A program made the translations under genes and the position numbers. The notes beneath the pieces are model-generated. The model did no database searches and was not told the DNA's origin. It saw nothing but the letters and a program-made list of their open reading frames with translations. 64,000 nucleotides of DNA from Nocardioides sp. (lineage in GTDB: Bacteria > Actinomycetota > Actinomycetes > Propionibacteriales > Nocardioidaceae): the NCBI RefSeq assembly GCF_025965415.1, contig NZ_JAOPWY010000192.1, positions 2,979-66,978 of the forward strand, read 5' to 3'. Positions within the stretch are counted from its first letter, which is position 1. Each line of letters begins with the position of its first letter. Of this stretch, positions 49,930-58,322 are shown piece after piece.

Positions 49930-51708
49930 TCAGGAGCTCTGCCGCATCGCCCACTCGCGGATCCGGTTGATCCGCTCGTGCAGCTGGTCGGCGTTGGCCA
50001 CGGCCGCCGGCGGTCCGCCGCACTCCTTGCGCAGGGCGGAGTGGGTGATGCCGTGCGCCTGTCCGGTGCGGTGGTGCCAGGCGGCGACCAGCCCGTTGAG
50101 CTCGCGACGCAGCACGCCGAGCTGCTGGTGGGTGCTCAGCTGCTCCACGGAGTCGACCACCCGGTCGCCCACGCCGTCGGCCTTCTGCTTGCGGGCGCGC
50201 TCGCTCTGCCGGGAGTGGAGCAGCTCGCGGACCTGGTCGGGCTCGAGGAGGCCTGGGATGCCGAGGAAGTCCATCTCCTCCTCCGACCCGGACAGCACCT
50301 CGCCGGAGTGGCCGAACTGCGCCCCGTCGTAGAGGACGTGGTCGAAGGACGCCGTCGAGCCCAGCGCCTCCCACGACATCTCGAGCTCGTCGGAGGCCGA
50401 CTCCCCCGCGTTGGCCTCGGCGAGGAGGTCGTTCTCGGCCGCGAAGATGTCGTCCTCGTCCTGGACCCGCCGGCCGAGCACGTGGTCGCGCTGCGCCTCC
50501 ATGTCGGAGGCGAACTCCAGCAGGTGGGGCACCGAGGGCAGGAAGACCGAGGCGGTCTCGCCGCGCGAGCGGGCGCGCACGAAGCGACCGACGGCCTGAG
50601 CGAAGAACAGCGGCGTCGACGTGGTGGTGGCCCACACCCCGACGGCGAGGCGGGGCACGTCGACGCCCTCGGACACCATCCGGACCGCGACCAGCCAGCG
50701 CTTGTCGGACTCCGTGTAGGTCGCGATCTTCTTCGAGGCGCCCTTCTCGTCGGAGAGCACGACGGTCGGCGACTCGCCGGTGATCTTCTTCAGCAGCCCG
50801 GCATAGGCGCGGGCGCTCTCCTGGTCGCTGGCGATGACCATCCCGCCGGCGTCGGGGACGTGACGGCGTACCTCCGACAGCCGCTTGTCCGCGGCCTCGA
50901 GCACCGCGGGCATCCAGGACCCCTGCGGGTCGAGGGCCGTCCGCAGTGCGTGGGCGTGCATGTCCTTGGTGAGCGGCTCGCCCAGCCGGGCCACGATCTC
51001 GTCGCCGGCGCGGGTGCGCCACTGCATCTCCCCGGAGTAGGCCATGAAGAGCACCGGGCGCACGACGTGGTCGGCGAGGGCGTGGGCGTAGCCGTAGGTG
51101 AAGTCGGGCGCCGACACGGGGATGCCGTCGTCGCCGGGCGCGTAGGTGACGAACGGGATCGGGTTGATGTCGGAGCGGAACGGCGTCCCGGTCAGGGACA
51201 GCCGACGGGTGGCGGGGTCGAAGGACTCGCGCACGCCCTCGCCCCACGACAGCGCGTCGCCGGCGTGGTGGATCTCGTCGAGGATGACGAGGGTCTTGAA
51301 GCGCTCGGTGCGGATCCGCATGGCGAGCGGGTTGACCGCGACACCGGCGTACGTCACCGCGATGCCGACGTAGTCGTCGGAGGTCCGGCCCTTGCCGGCG
51401 GAGTAGGCCGGGTCGATCGGGATGCCCGCCTTGGCGGCGGCCTCGGCCCACTGCGTCTTGAGGTGCTCGGTCGGCGCGACGACGGTGATCCGGTCCACGA
51501 CGCGACGGCTCAGCAGGTCGGCCGCGACGGTGAGCGCGAAGGTCGTCTTGCCGGCGCCCGGCGTCGCCACCGCGAGGAAGTCGCGCGGCTGGCGCGCCTG
51601 GTAGGAGTCCATCGCGGCCTGCTGCCAGGCGCGGAGGGAGGGCGCGGTGCCCCAGGCGGCCCGGTCGGGCCACGCGGGAGGCAGCGGCAGCTCGGGCCGC
51701 CCCGTCAC
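49930..51708 (-). CDS. SF2 DEAD/DEAH-box helicase
   Basis: ATPGAGKT, DEIHH, LTGTPFR, MVSEGVDVP, QAVGRFVR. Confidence 0.92.
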   Translation of the reverse strand: MTGRPELPLPPAWPDRAAWGTAPSLRAWQQAAMDSYQARQPRDFLAVATPGAGKTTFALTVAADLLSRRVVDRITVVAPTEHLKTQWAEAAAKAGIPIDPAYSAGKGRTSDDYVGIAVTYAGVAVNPLAMRIRTERFKTLVILDEIHHAGDALSWGEGVRESFDPATRRLSLTGTPFRSDINPIPFVTYAPGDDGIPVSAPDFTYGYAHALADHVVRPVLFMAYSGEMQWRTRAGDEIVARLGEPLTKDMHAHALRTALDPQGSWMPAVLEAADKRLSEVRRHVPDAGGMVIASDQESARAYAGLLKKITGESPTVVLSDEKGASKKIATYTESDKRWLVAVRMVSEGVDVPRLAVGVWATTTSTPLFFAQAVGRFVRARSRGETASVFLPSVPHLLEFASDMEAQRDHVLGRRVQDEDDIFAAENDLLAEANAGESASDELEMSWEALGSTASFDHVLYDGAQFGHSGEVLSGSEEEMDFLGIPGLLEPDQVRELLHSRQSERARKQKADGVGDRVVDSVEQLSTHQQLGVLRRELNGLVAAWHHRTGQAHGITHSALRKECGGPPAAVANADQLHERINRIREWAMRQSS

Positions 51709-51998
51709 GCCTCGGGACCCGCGCCGTCGCCGCCAGATCCGCCGCCGGGCTTGTCACCGGGATTCATCGACTCCCAGATCTCCTTGCAGTCGGGGCACAC
51801 GGGGAACTTCTCCGGGGCACGCGACGGGACCCAGACCTTGCCGCACAGGGCGATCACGGGGGTGCCCATGACCATGGCCTCGGTGAGCTTGTCCTTGGGG
51901 ACGTAGTGGGAGAACCGCTCGTGGTCGCCCTCGTCGGTGGGCACCGTCCGACGATCTTCGATCGTCTGGCTGCCGGGGGAGAATCCGATGGTGCTCAT
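51705..51998 (-). CDS. DUF3039 domain protein
   Basis: HERFSHYV, ALCGKVW, PVCPDCK. Confidence 0.88.
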   Translation of the reverse strand: MSTIGFSPGSQTIEDRRTVPTDEGDHERFSHYVPKDKLTEAMVMGTPVIALCGKVWVPSRAPEKFPVCPDCKEIWESMNPGDKPGGGSGGDGAGPEA

Positions 51999-52021
51999 GA
52001 TGGGAAAGCCTAACCGCTGGG

Positions 52022-52576
52022 TCAGTTCATGTCGGGATCGACGGGGCGGTTGACGTGCCACGCCAGCATGCCCGGCTGGCGCCGCATCACGTCGCGACGC
52101 AGGCCCGTGGTGTCGCCGCGGAACGCATCACCGGCCTCGCCGGTGACGACGTACCAGCTGCCCTCCTCGACCTCCACCTCGAGCTGCTCGGCACCCCAGC
52201 CGGCGTAGCCGGCGAAGACCCGCATCGCGGTCAGCGAGCCGTCGACGAGCTCGGTCGGGGTGTCGAGGTCCACCATGCCCAGCACTCCGGCGACGGGACG
52301 CCACCCGACCGGCACGTCCTGCGGGTCACGCAGCGCCGCGACCGCGAGCGCGCCGTCGGTGCCGACCGGTCCCCCCCGGAACAGGACCTCGGGCTCGGCC
52401 ACGGCGTCGCGCCACGGCTCCAGCACGTCGGCGACGAGGACCTGCGAGGGCCGGTTGAGCACGACACCGAGGGCGCCCTCGTCGTTGACGTCGAGCAGCA
52501 GCACGACGGTGTCGACGAAGTTGGGATCCTGCAGTGCCGGCGTCGCCACCAGCAGCATCCCCGATGCCAGCTGCAT
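52022..52576 (-). CDS. YqgE/AlgH family protein
   Basis: DPNF, GVVLNRP, GGPV, FAGYAGW..QL..E. Confidence 0.92.
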   Translation of the reverse strand: MQLASGMLLVATPALQDPNFVDTVVLLLDVNDEGALGVVLNRPSQVLVADVLEPWRDAVAEPEVLFRGGPVGTDGALAVAALRDPQDVPVGWRPVAGVLGMVDLDTPTELVDGSLTAMRVFAGYAGWGAEQLEVEVEEGSWYVVTGEAGDAFRGDTTGLRRDVMRRQPGMLAWHVNRPVDPDMN

Positions 52577-52613
52577 GCCTCCATCATGTCCGATCCACCG
52601 GGCATGGCACACC

Positions 52614-53141
52614 TCAGGCGGCCAGCACCGCCCTGAGACGCTGCACGAGGGAGGGCGCCTCGGCCGTGGTCGGCCTGCGCGCGCCCGGGACGTACGACGC
52701 CCGCGCGGCCAGCTCGATGGACCGCCCCACCCGGGCGGCGGCCTCCCCCGGCCCGCTGGCGAGACCGGCCATCAGGGCGAGCATCTCGCGCTCCTTGCCG
52801 GTCGCCACGGCCAGGGTGCGCGCCATCTCGGGGCTCGTGGGCTCGGCGACGTGGTGGTCGATGACGGCCCGGGTGCCGGGCATGTCCTCGGCGGCGGCGA
52901 GCCACGCGAGGGTGACGGCGTTCTCGAGGTCGAGGGGCTGGTCGGCGAGCTGGCGCTCGATGTGGCCGGCCAGTCGGGTGTGCCAGCGCAGGGTCAGCGC
53001 TCCCAGCAGCGCGAGGTCGTCGCCGAAGGTGTCGGCGACGCCCGCCACGTCGAGCGGCAGGCGACCGTCGAGTCGGTCGTCCGCGGTGCGGATGACGTCG
53101 CGGAGCACATCTGCGCGACGGTGGTGGGACGTCCAGGTCAT
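52614..53141 (-). CDS. Hypothetical protein (possible degenerate TetR-like fold)
   Basis: RBS AGGAG; helical, FGDDLALLGALTLRWHTRL. Confidence 0.65.
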   Translation of the reverse strand: MTWTSHHRRADVLRDVIRTADDRLDGRLPLDVAGVADTFGDDLALLGALTLRWHTRLAGHIERQLADQPLDLENAVTLAWLAAAEDMPGTRAVIDHHVAEPTSPEMARTLAVATGKEREMLALMAGLASGPGEAAARVGRSIELAARASYVPGARRPTTAEAPSLVQRLRAVLAA

Positions 53142-53158
53142 GGGGTCTCCTTCAGGAA

Positions 53159-53186
53159 CATACTGAGGGTACGTACTTTCAGTATG
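53159..53186. promoter_or_regulatory. Probable TetR operator
   Basis: CATACTGAGGGTAC-GTACTTTCAGTATG 28-bp palindrome with 2 mismatched pairs. Confidence 0.7.
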
Positions 53187-53247
53187 CCCACGGCTGCGTC
53201 CGTCGCCAAACGCCTCCCGCGTGAGTCGGGTCACCTAGGCTGCGCCC

Positions 53248-53874
53248 ATGACTCGGCGTGCACGCTTCTCGGCCTCCACCAAGCGTGCGCTCGTCGACGT
53301 GGCCGAGCAGCTCTTCACCGAGCACGGCTACACCGCGACCTCGCTCGACGCGATCGTCGCGGGCGCCGACGTGACCAAGGGCGCGCTCTACCACCACTTC
53401 AGCGGCAAGCAGGCGATCTTCGAGGCAGCCTTCGAGCGGGTGGAGTCGCGGGCGACCAGCGGAATCTCGGAGGCCACCGACGGACACCGCGACCCGTGGG
53501 CGAAGGCGCAGGCCGGTCTCCGCGCCTTCCTCGGCGCGGTGCAGGAGCCGGCCTACCGCCAGATCGTCATCGCCGACGGGCCCTCCGTGCTGGGCCACGA
53601 GCGGTTCCGCGAGCAGGAGGAGCGGTCGACGTACGCCATCGTCGACGAGATCGTGCGCTCGGTGCTCACCTCGGACGAGTGGGACCTCGACCCCGAGATG
53701 CTCGACACCTTCACCCGCATCTTCTTCGGCGCGATGTCGGCGGCCGGGGGCTCCGTCGCGGCGAGCGAGGACCCCGCGGCCGCCGCGGCGCGCGTGGAGG
53801 CAGCGATCGGCTTCATCCTGGCCGGCCTCCAGCAGCTGCTGGAGAGCGGCGCCGCTCCTACTTCGCGAACGTGA
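53248..53874 (+). CDS. TetR/AcrR regulator
   Basis: LFTEHGYTATSLDAIV..VTKGALYHHF. Confidence 0.92.
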   Translation: MTRRARFSASTKRALVDVAEQLFTEHGYTATSLDAIVAGADVTKGALYHHFSGKQAIFEAAFERVESRATSGISEATDGHRDPWAKAQAGLRAFLGAVQEPAYRQIVIADGPSVLGHERFREQEERSTYAIVDEIVRSVLTSDEWDLDPEMLDTFTRIFFGAMSAAGGSVAASEDPAAAAARVEAAIGFILAGLQQLLESGAAPTSRT

Positions 53875-54880
53875 GGTTGCCGTTGACCGCGGGGACGAGC
53901 TCGACCCAGACGTGGCCCGCGGGCACGGTGAGGTCACCGTTCTTGGTGGACAGCTCGATGGCGCCGGTGAGCCCGTCCTTGGTCCAGGTGCCCTTCACGA
54001 CGCGACCGCCGTGGAAGAGCAGCGCGGCGCCCGTGCCCTCGAACTTCGTCTCCGGCACCGGGTAGCCGGCCGGGTCGCGGTAGCCGGCGTCGCCGACCTT
54101 GACCCGCATGACCAGCACGGAGTCGGCCGGGAACCGGTCGCCCTCGGCGGCGTAGGAGTTGGTGTTGACGTAGCGGCCGCCCTCGAACTGCCACGTCGTC
54201 GAGTGCCCCCCGAAGTCGGCGGTGATGGTGCTGGCCCTGCCGCCCTTGGGCAGGTCGGCCTCGGTGCCCCACGGCAGGTAGGGCGGCGGCTCCTCGTCGG
54301 CCTTGAGCCGTTTGGAGATCTCGCCGAGGCGGGCGAAGAGGTTGTAGGGCGCCGAGCGCGAGGTCTCGCGGTAGACGCCTGCGGCGCCCTCGGTGATCCA
54401 CGGGATCCCGGCGGAGTTGACGCGGTTGATCGTGACGGGCGCGGCGCCGCTGGTCACCACGGTGGCGCCCTCGGGCACGATGCTGATGTCGCTGGCACGC
54501 ATGGAGCGCACCGGACCGATGTCGGCCGGGACCTTGGAGTAGTAGAAGGCCGCGAGGCGCGTGTAGCCGCCCTCGACGAGCTCCTCCACGACCAGGTCGG
54601 CCGAGCCGAGTCCGACCTGAGGGGCGCTGGACGAGGTGTTGTCGACCTTGGTGACGATCACCGGGTGCTGGGGGGCGTTGCCGGTGCGCTCGAGGCCGGT
54701 CAGGGGCCAGTACGCCGGCTCCGGCGGGGCCTCGCTCGTCTCCGACGAGGTGGGCTCGGAGGGGGCGGCGTCGCTCGGCGCCTCCTCGTCCCCGCCACCG
54801 CAGCCGGCGAGGAGCAGCGCGGCCGCGACGAGCGTGGCGACGACTGCCTGGGACGAGGACGGGTGAAGACGGTGACGCAC
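53858..54880 (-). CDS. DUF3048 domain lipoprotein
   Basis: Lipobox LAGC, WPLTG, KVDN, EELVEGGYTRL, GPVRSMR, APYNLF. Confidence 0.85.
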   Translation of the reverse strand: MRHRLHPSSSQAVVATLVAAALLLAGCGGGDEEAPSDAAPSEPTSSETSEAPPEPAYWPLTGLERTGNAPQHPVIVTKVDNTSSSAPQVGLGSADLVVEELVEGGYTRLAAFYYSKVPADIGPVRSMRASDISIVPEGATVVTSGAAPVTINRVNSAGIPWITEGAAGVYRETSRSAPYNLFARLGEISKRLKADEEPPPYLPWGTEADLPKGGRASTITADFGGHSTTWQFEGGRYVNTNSYAAEGDRFPADSVLVMRVKVGDAGYRDPAGYPVPETKFEGTGAALLFHGGRVVKGTWTKDGLTGAIELSTKNGDLTVPAGHVWVELVPAVNGNLTFAK

Positions 54881-55009
54881 GGGGAGCTCCGATCCAGCGG
54901 GGGTGACGAGCAGGCGGTTCTGCCGAGAAGTGTGAAGGCGCGCCTTCCCCGATCCCGGAAGGCGCGCCACAGGGTAGATCAGCAGGAACTGCCTACCAAT
55001 CCGCGCCTG

Positions 55010-55546
55010 TCAGCGGCGGCGCAGGGTGCCGCCGAACCACTGGGACGTCCACGGCACGGCCACCTGGACCCGCTGGCCCGAGCCGGGCGAGTGGACCATC
55101 AAGGCGTGGCCGCGCGACCAGCGCAGGAAGATCGCCGCGTGGTAGACCCCGCCGCTGCCGTAGAAGAACATCAGGTCGCCGGGGCGCATGTCCGCCTTGG
55201 CGATGCGGCGGGCGAACCCCGCCTGGGCGCTCGACGTGCGCGGCACCGGGAAGCCGGCCCGGCGGAAGCTGTAGTAGACCAGCCCCGAGCAGTCGAAGCG
55301 GGCCGGCCCGGAGGCGCCGTACGCATACCAGTCGCCGCGCTGGCGCATGGCCGTGTCGCGGGCGCTGAGGACCCGGGTGGCGACGCGCTGACGGGGCGTG
55401 GGCTTCTTCGCTGCCGTCGTCGGGGCCGCGGCGGCCGGTTCTGCCGAGGCGGCCGTGGCCGGCAGCGTGGACAGGGTGGATGCGGTGAGGCCGAGACCGG
55501 CCAGGGCGAGCGCCAGCGCTCGCGCCCTACGTAGGGTCGCAGGCAT
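55010..55546 (-). CDS. Secreted NlpC/P60 (C40) peptidase
   Basis: Signal peptide; YGASGPARFDCSGLV, PRTSSAQ, PGDLMFF, YHAAIF. Confidence 0.92.
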   Translation of the reverse strand: MPATLRRARALALALAGLGLTASTLSTLPATAASAEPAAAAPTTAAKKPTPRQRVATRVLSARDTAMRQRGDWYAYGASGPARFDCSGLVYYSFRRAGFPVPRTSSAQAGFARRIAKADMRPGDLMFFYGSGGVYHAAIFLRWSRGHALMVHSPGSGQRVQVAVPWTSQWFGGTLRRR

Positions 55547-55559
55547 GAGTGTTCCTTTC

Positions 55560-55740
55560 CCACGCCTGTGAGGTGAGCTGTCGGGTTGGGGCTGGAAGGT
55601 GCCCCGCCACCTCTCGGCGGCTTCACCCCGAGCCGGTGCACGCAGACCTGCGCGAACCGGCAGTGGAACCTGTGGGTCCCCCACTCCTGCCCTCGATTGA
55701 TCTCGGGGGTCCGCTCCGGTCGGGCAGGACTCGGCGTTGT
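55560..55740 (-). promoter_or_regulatory. c-di-AMP (ydaO/yuaA) riboswitch
   Basis: CGCCGAGTCC..GGGGGACCCA..GGGGTGAA..AACCCGACAGCTCACCTCACAGGCG in the 5' UTR of a cell-wall hydrolase. Confidence 0.9.
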
Positions 55741-55854
55741 CCGGAACGGGTGTCTGTTCGGTCGGGCACCAGCAGGCGGGCCCGAGCCGTCCTGTGGGTC
55801 TCTTGACCGCCCCATCACGGTAGGCACGCCGCACCGGGCGCGGCAACACGAGCG

Positions 55855-55890
55855 ACGGCCCCGACCCGCACGCATGCGGGTCGGGGCCGT
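55855..55890. terminator. Hairpin after the SDR gene
   Basis: ACGGCCCCGACCCGCA-CGCA-TGCGGGTCGGGGCCGT. Confidence 0.7.
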
Positions 55891-55935
55891 GATCTCACTC
55901 ACCCCGACGTGGAGTGGCTCGGTGCACCGTCACGC

Positions 55936-56703
55936 TCAGCCGAGCTTGCGACCGCCGTCGACGTAGAGCGTTTGGCCTGTGATGAAGGACGCATCGTCGC
56001 TGCAGAGGAACGCGGCGGCGGCCGCGATGTCCTCGGGCTGGCCCACCCGGCGCACGGGGGTCACCTCGGCGTTGAGCCGCTGCAGCTCCTCGGGCTCCAT
56101 CTTGAGGCGCCGGGCGGTGGCGTCGGTCATCTCGGTGACGATGAAGCCGGGGGCGATCGCGTTGGCGGTGACGCCGTACGGGCCGAGCTCGATGCCGAGC
56201 GTGCGCGTGAGGCCCTGGATGCCCATCTTGGCGGCGGAGTAGTTGGCCTGCCCGCGGTTGCCCAGCGCGGAGACGCTGGAGAGGTTGAGGATCTTGCCGT
56301 ACTTCTGCTCCACGAACCGCGACTGCGCCGCCTTGGTCATGTTGAAGACGCCCTTGAGGTGCACGCCCATGACCAGGTCCCAGTCGTCCTCGGTCATCTT
56401 GAAGAGCAGGTTGTCGCGGGTGATGCCGGCGTTGTTGACGAGGATGTGGATCCCGCCGAGCTCGTCGACCACCCGTTGCACGGCGGCCTCGGCGGCCGCG
56501 CCGTCCACGACGTCGCAGCCGACGCCGATCGCCCGGGCTCCGTCGGCCAGCTCCAGCCGGCCGGCGGCGTCCTGGGCTGCGGCCTCGTCGAGGTCGAGGA
56601 TCGCGATGGACGCGCCCTCGCTGGCGAAGCGCTGCGCGATGCCGAAGCCGATGCCTCGGGCTGCTCCGGTGATGAGGGCGACACGGCGGTCGAACAGACC
56701 CAT
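55936..56703 (-). CDS. fabG: 3-oxoacyl-ACP reductase-like SDR
   Basis: TGAARGIG, NNAGITRD, YSAAK, IAPGF. Confidence 0.85.
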   Translation of the reverse strand: MGLFDRRVALITGAARGIGFGIAQRFASEGASIAILDLDEAAAQDAAGRLELADGARAIGVGCDVVDGAAAEAAVQRVVDELGGIHILVNNAGITRDNLLFKMTEDDWDLVMGVHLKGVFNMTKAAQSRFVEQKYGKILNLSSVSALGNRGQANYSAAKMGIQGLTRTLGIELGPYGVTANAIAPGFIVTEMTDATARRLKMEPEELQRLNAEVTPVRRVGQPEDIAAAAAFLCSDDASFITGQTLYVDGGRKLG

Positions 56704-56819
56704 GGGGACTCCTAGAGGGGTCTAGAGGGGGGTGGGAAGTGAGGTCGAAGGGGGATCGAGGCGAGGTTACCGTCCGGTCTGGTCCGGTCCACCCCGGCCG
56801 GGGTCGCTACGGTGTGCCC

Positions 56820-57890
56820 ATGGGTCGGGGGGAATTTCGCGCCGCCGCTGTCGTCGCGGCCGTGATGGCGATGCTGGCTGCGCTGGTCGCGTGGACCCAC
56901 CACCTGCCCCTGCGTGACCCCGACGGCGCCTCCCTGCCCACCTGGTTCCGGCTGCCCGTGATCGTGGCCTCGGCGGTGGCACTGGACGTCGCGACCCGGT
57001 GGGTCCTGCTGGTGCGCCGCGGCGGCACGGCACCCGGCGCCGCCTTCCGGGCGGTGCTCGTCGAGCGGTGGAACCGCGACCAGATCCGGTTCACGGTGAG
57101 CGGGCTCGTCACCTGGTACGTCGCCTACGTGGCCTTCCGCAACCTCAAGAGCTACGTCCCCTTCGTGACCGACCGGTTGGCCGACCCCCAGCTCGCCCGC
57201 CTCGACCGGCTGCTGTGGCTCGGCCACGACCCGGCGGTCCTCCTGCACGAGACCCTCGGCACCACGTGGGCCAACTGGGTGATGGCGGCGGTCTACCTGA
57301 TCTGGATCGGCCTGGTGCCGGCCACGCTCGCCATCGCCCTGGTCTGGACGCGCCGGTCGACGGCCGGCGCGTGGTACGTCACGGCGATCTCGCTGAACTG
57401 GTGCCTGGGCGCCGCCCTCTACTACGCCGTGCCCTCCCTCGGCCCGACGTACTCCTACCCCGGCTGGTTCAGCTCCCTGCCCCACACCCCCAACACCGCG
57501 GTGCGCGACGTGCTGCTCACGGACCGGATCGAGGTCCTCTCCGGCCCCTGGGACACGCACACGGTGCAGACCATCGCGGCCTTCGCCTCCCTGCACGTGG
57601 CCGTCATGGTCACCGTCTGCCTCATCGCCGAGGCGATGCGGCTGCCCGCCCTCGTGCGCGTCGCGGCGTGGACCTTCCTGGCCCTCACCATCGTGGCGAC
57701 GATCTACCTCGGGTGGCACTTCTTCGTGGACGTCATCGCCGGGGTGGGCGTCGGGGTCGCGGCCGTCGCCCTGGCCGGGCGCGCCACCGGCAACCCGCTG
57801 AGGCGCCGTGACGAGCCGTGGACCTTCCGCCCCGTCCTCGAGGTCCCGGCCACCTCCCGGGCCGACGCGCTCCCCGGTCCCCGCGGCTGA
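56820..57890 (+). CDS. PAP2-family membrane protein (AUR1/IPC-synthase-like)
   Basis: PSLGP, AAFASLH, GWHFFVD; multi-TM. Confidence 0.8.
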   Translation: MGRGEFRAAAVVAAVMAMLAALVAWTHHLPLRDPDGASLPTWFRLPVIVASAVALDVATRWVLLVRRGGTAPGAAFRAVLVERWNRDQIRFTVSGLVTWYVAYVAFRNLKSYVPFVTDRLADPQLARLDRLLWLGHDPAVLLHETLGTTWANWVMAAVYLIWIGLVPATLAIALVWTRRSTAGAWYVTAISLNWCLGAALYYAVPSLGPTYSYPGWFSSLPHTPNTAVRDVLLTDRIEVLSGPWDTHTVQTIAAFASLHVAVMVTVCLIAEAMRLPALVRVAAWTFLALTIVATIYLGWHFFVDVIAGVGVGVAAVALAGRATGNPLRRRDEPWTFRPVLEVPATSRADALPGPRG

Positions 57891-57893
57891 CCC

Positions 57894-58304
57894 TCAGGTC
57901 AGCGCGGCGCGCAGGCGCTCGGCGTACGACTCCGCCTCGCCCTCGGCGTACTTCGTGCGGGGCCAGAAGAAGCCGCGCAGTCCGTCGCCCTTGGTGCGCG
58001 GCACGACGTGGACGTGGAGGTGGGGCACCGACTGGCTCACGGTGTTGTTGATGGCGACGAAGGAGCCCTGCGCGCCGAGGCCCTCCTTCGCCGCGGTCGC
58101 GAGCCGTTGCGAGGCGGCGACGAGGCCCGCTCCCAGCTCGGCGGGCAGGTCGGGCAGCGTCTCGACGTGCGCGCGCGGCACCAGCAGGACGTGGCCCTTG
58201 AAGACCGGGCGGGCGTCGAGGAAGGCGACGAAGTCGTCGGTGTCGAGGACGACGTGGCCCGGGATCTCGCCGGAGACGATCCGGCAGAAGACGCAGTCGG
58301 CCAT
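57894..58304 (-). CDS. HIT family hydrolase
   Basis: CVFCRI, GHVLLVP, QSVPHLHVHVVPR. Confidence 0.92.
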   Translation of the reverse strand: MADCVFCRIVSGEIPGHVVLDTDDFVAFLDARPVFKGHVLLVPRAHVETLPDLPAELGAGLVAASQRLATAAKEGLGAQGSFVAINNTVSQSVPHLHVHVVPRTKGDGLRGFFWPRTKYAEGEAESYAERLRAALT

Positions 58305-58322
58305 GCGCGTCAGTCTGCCTGC

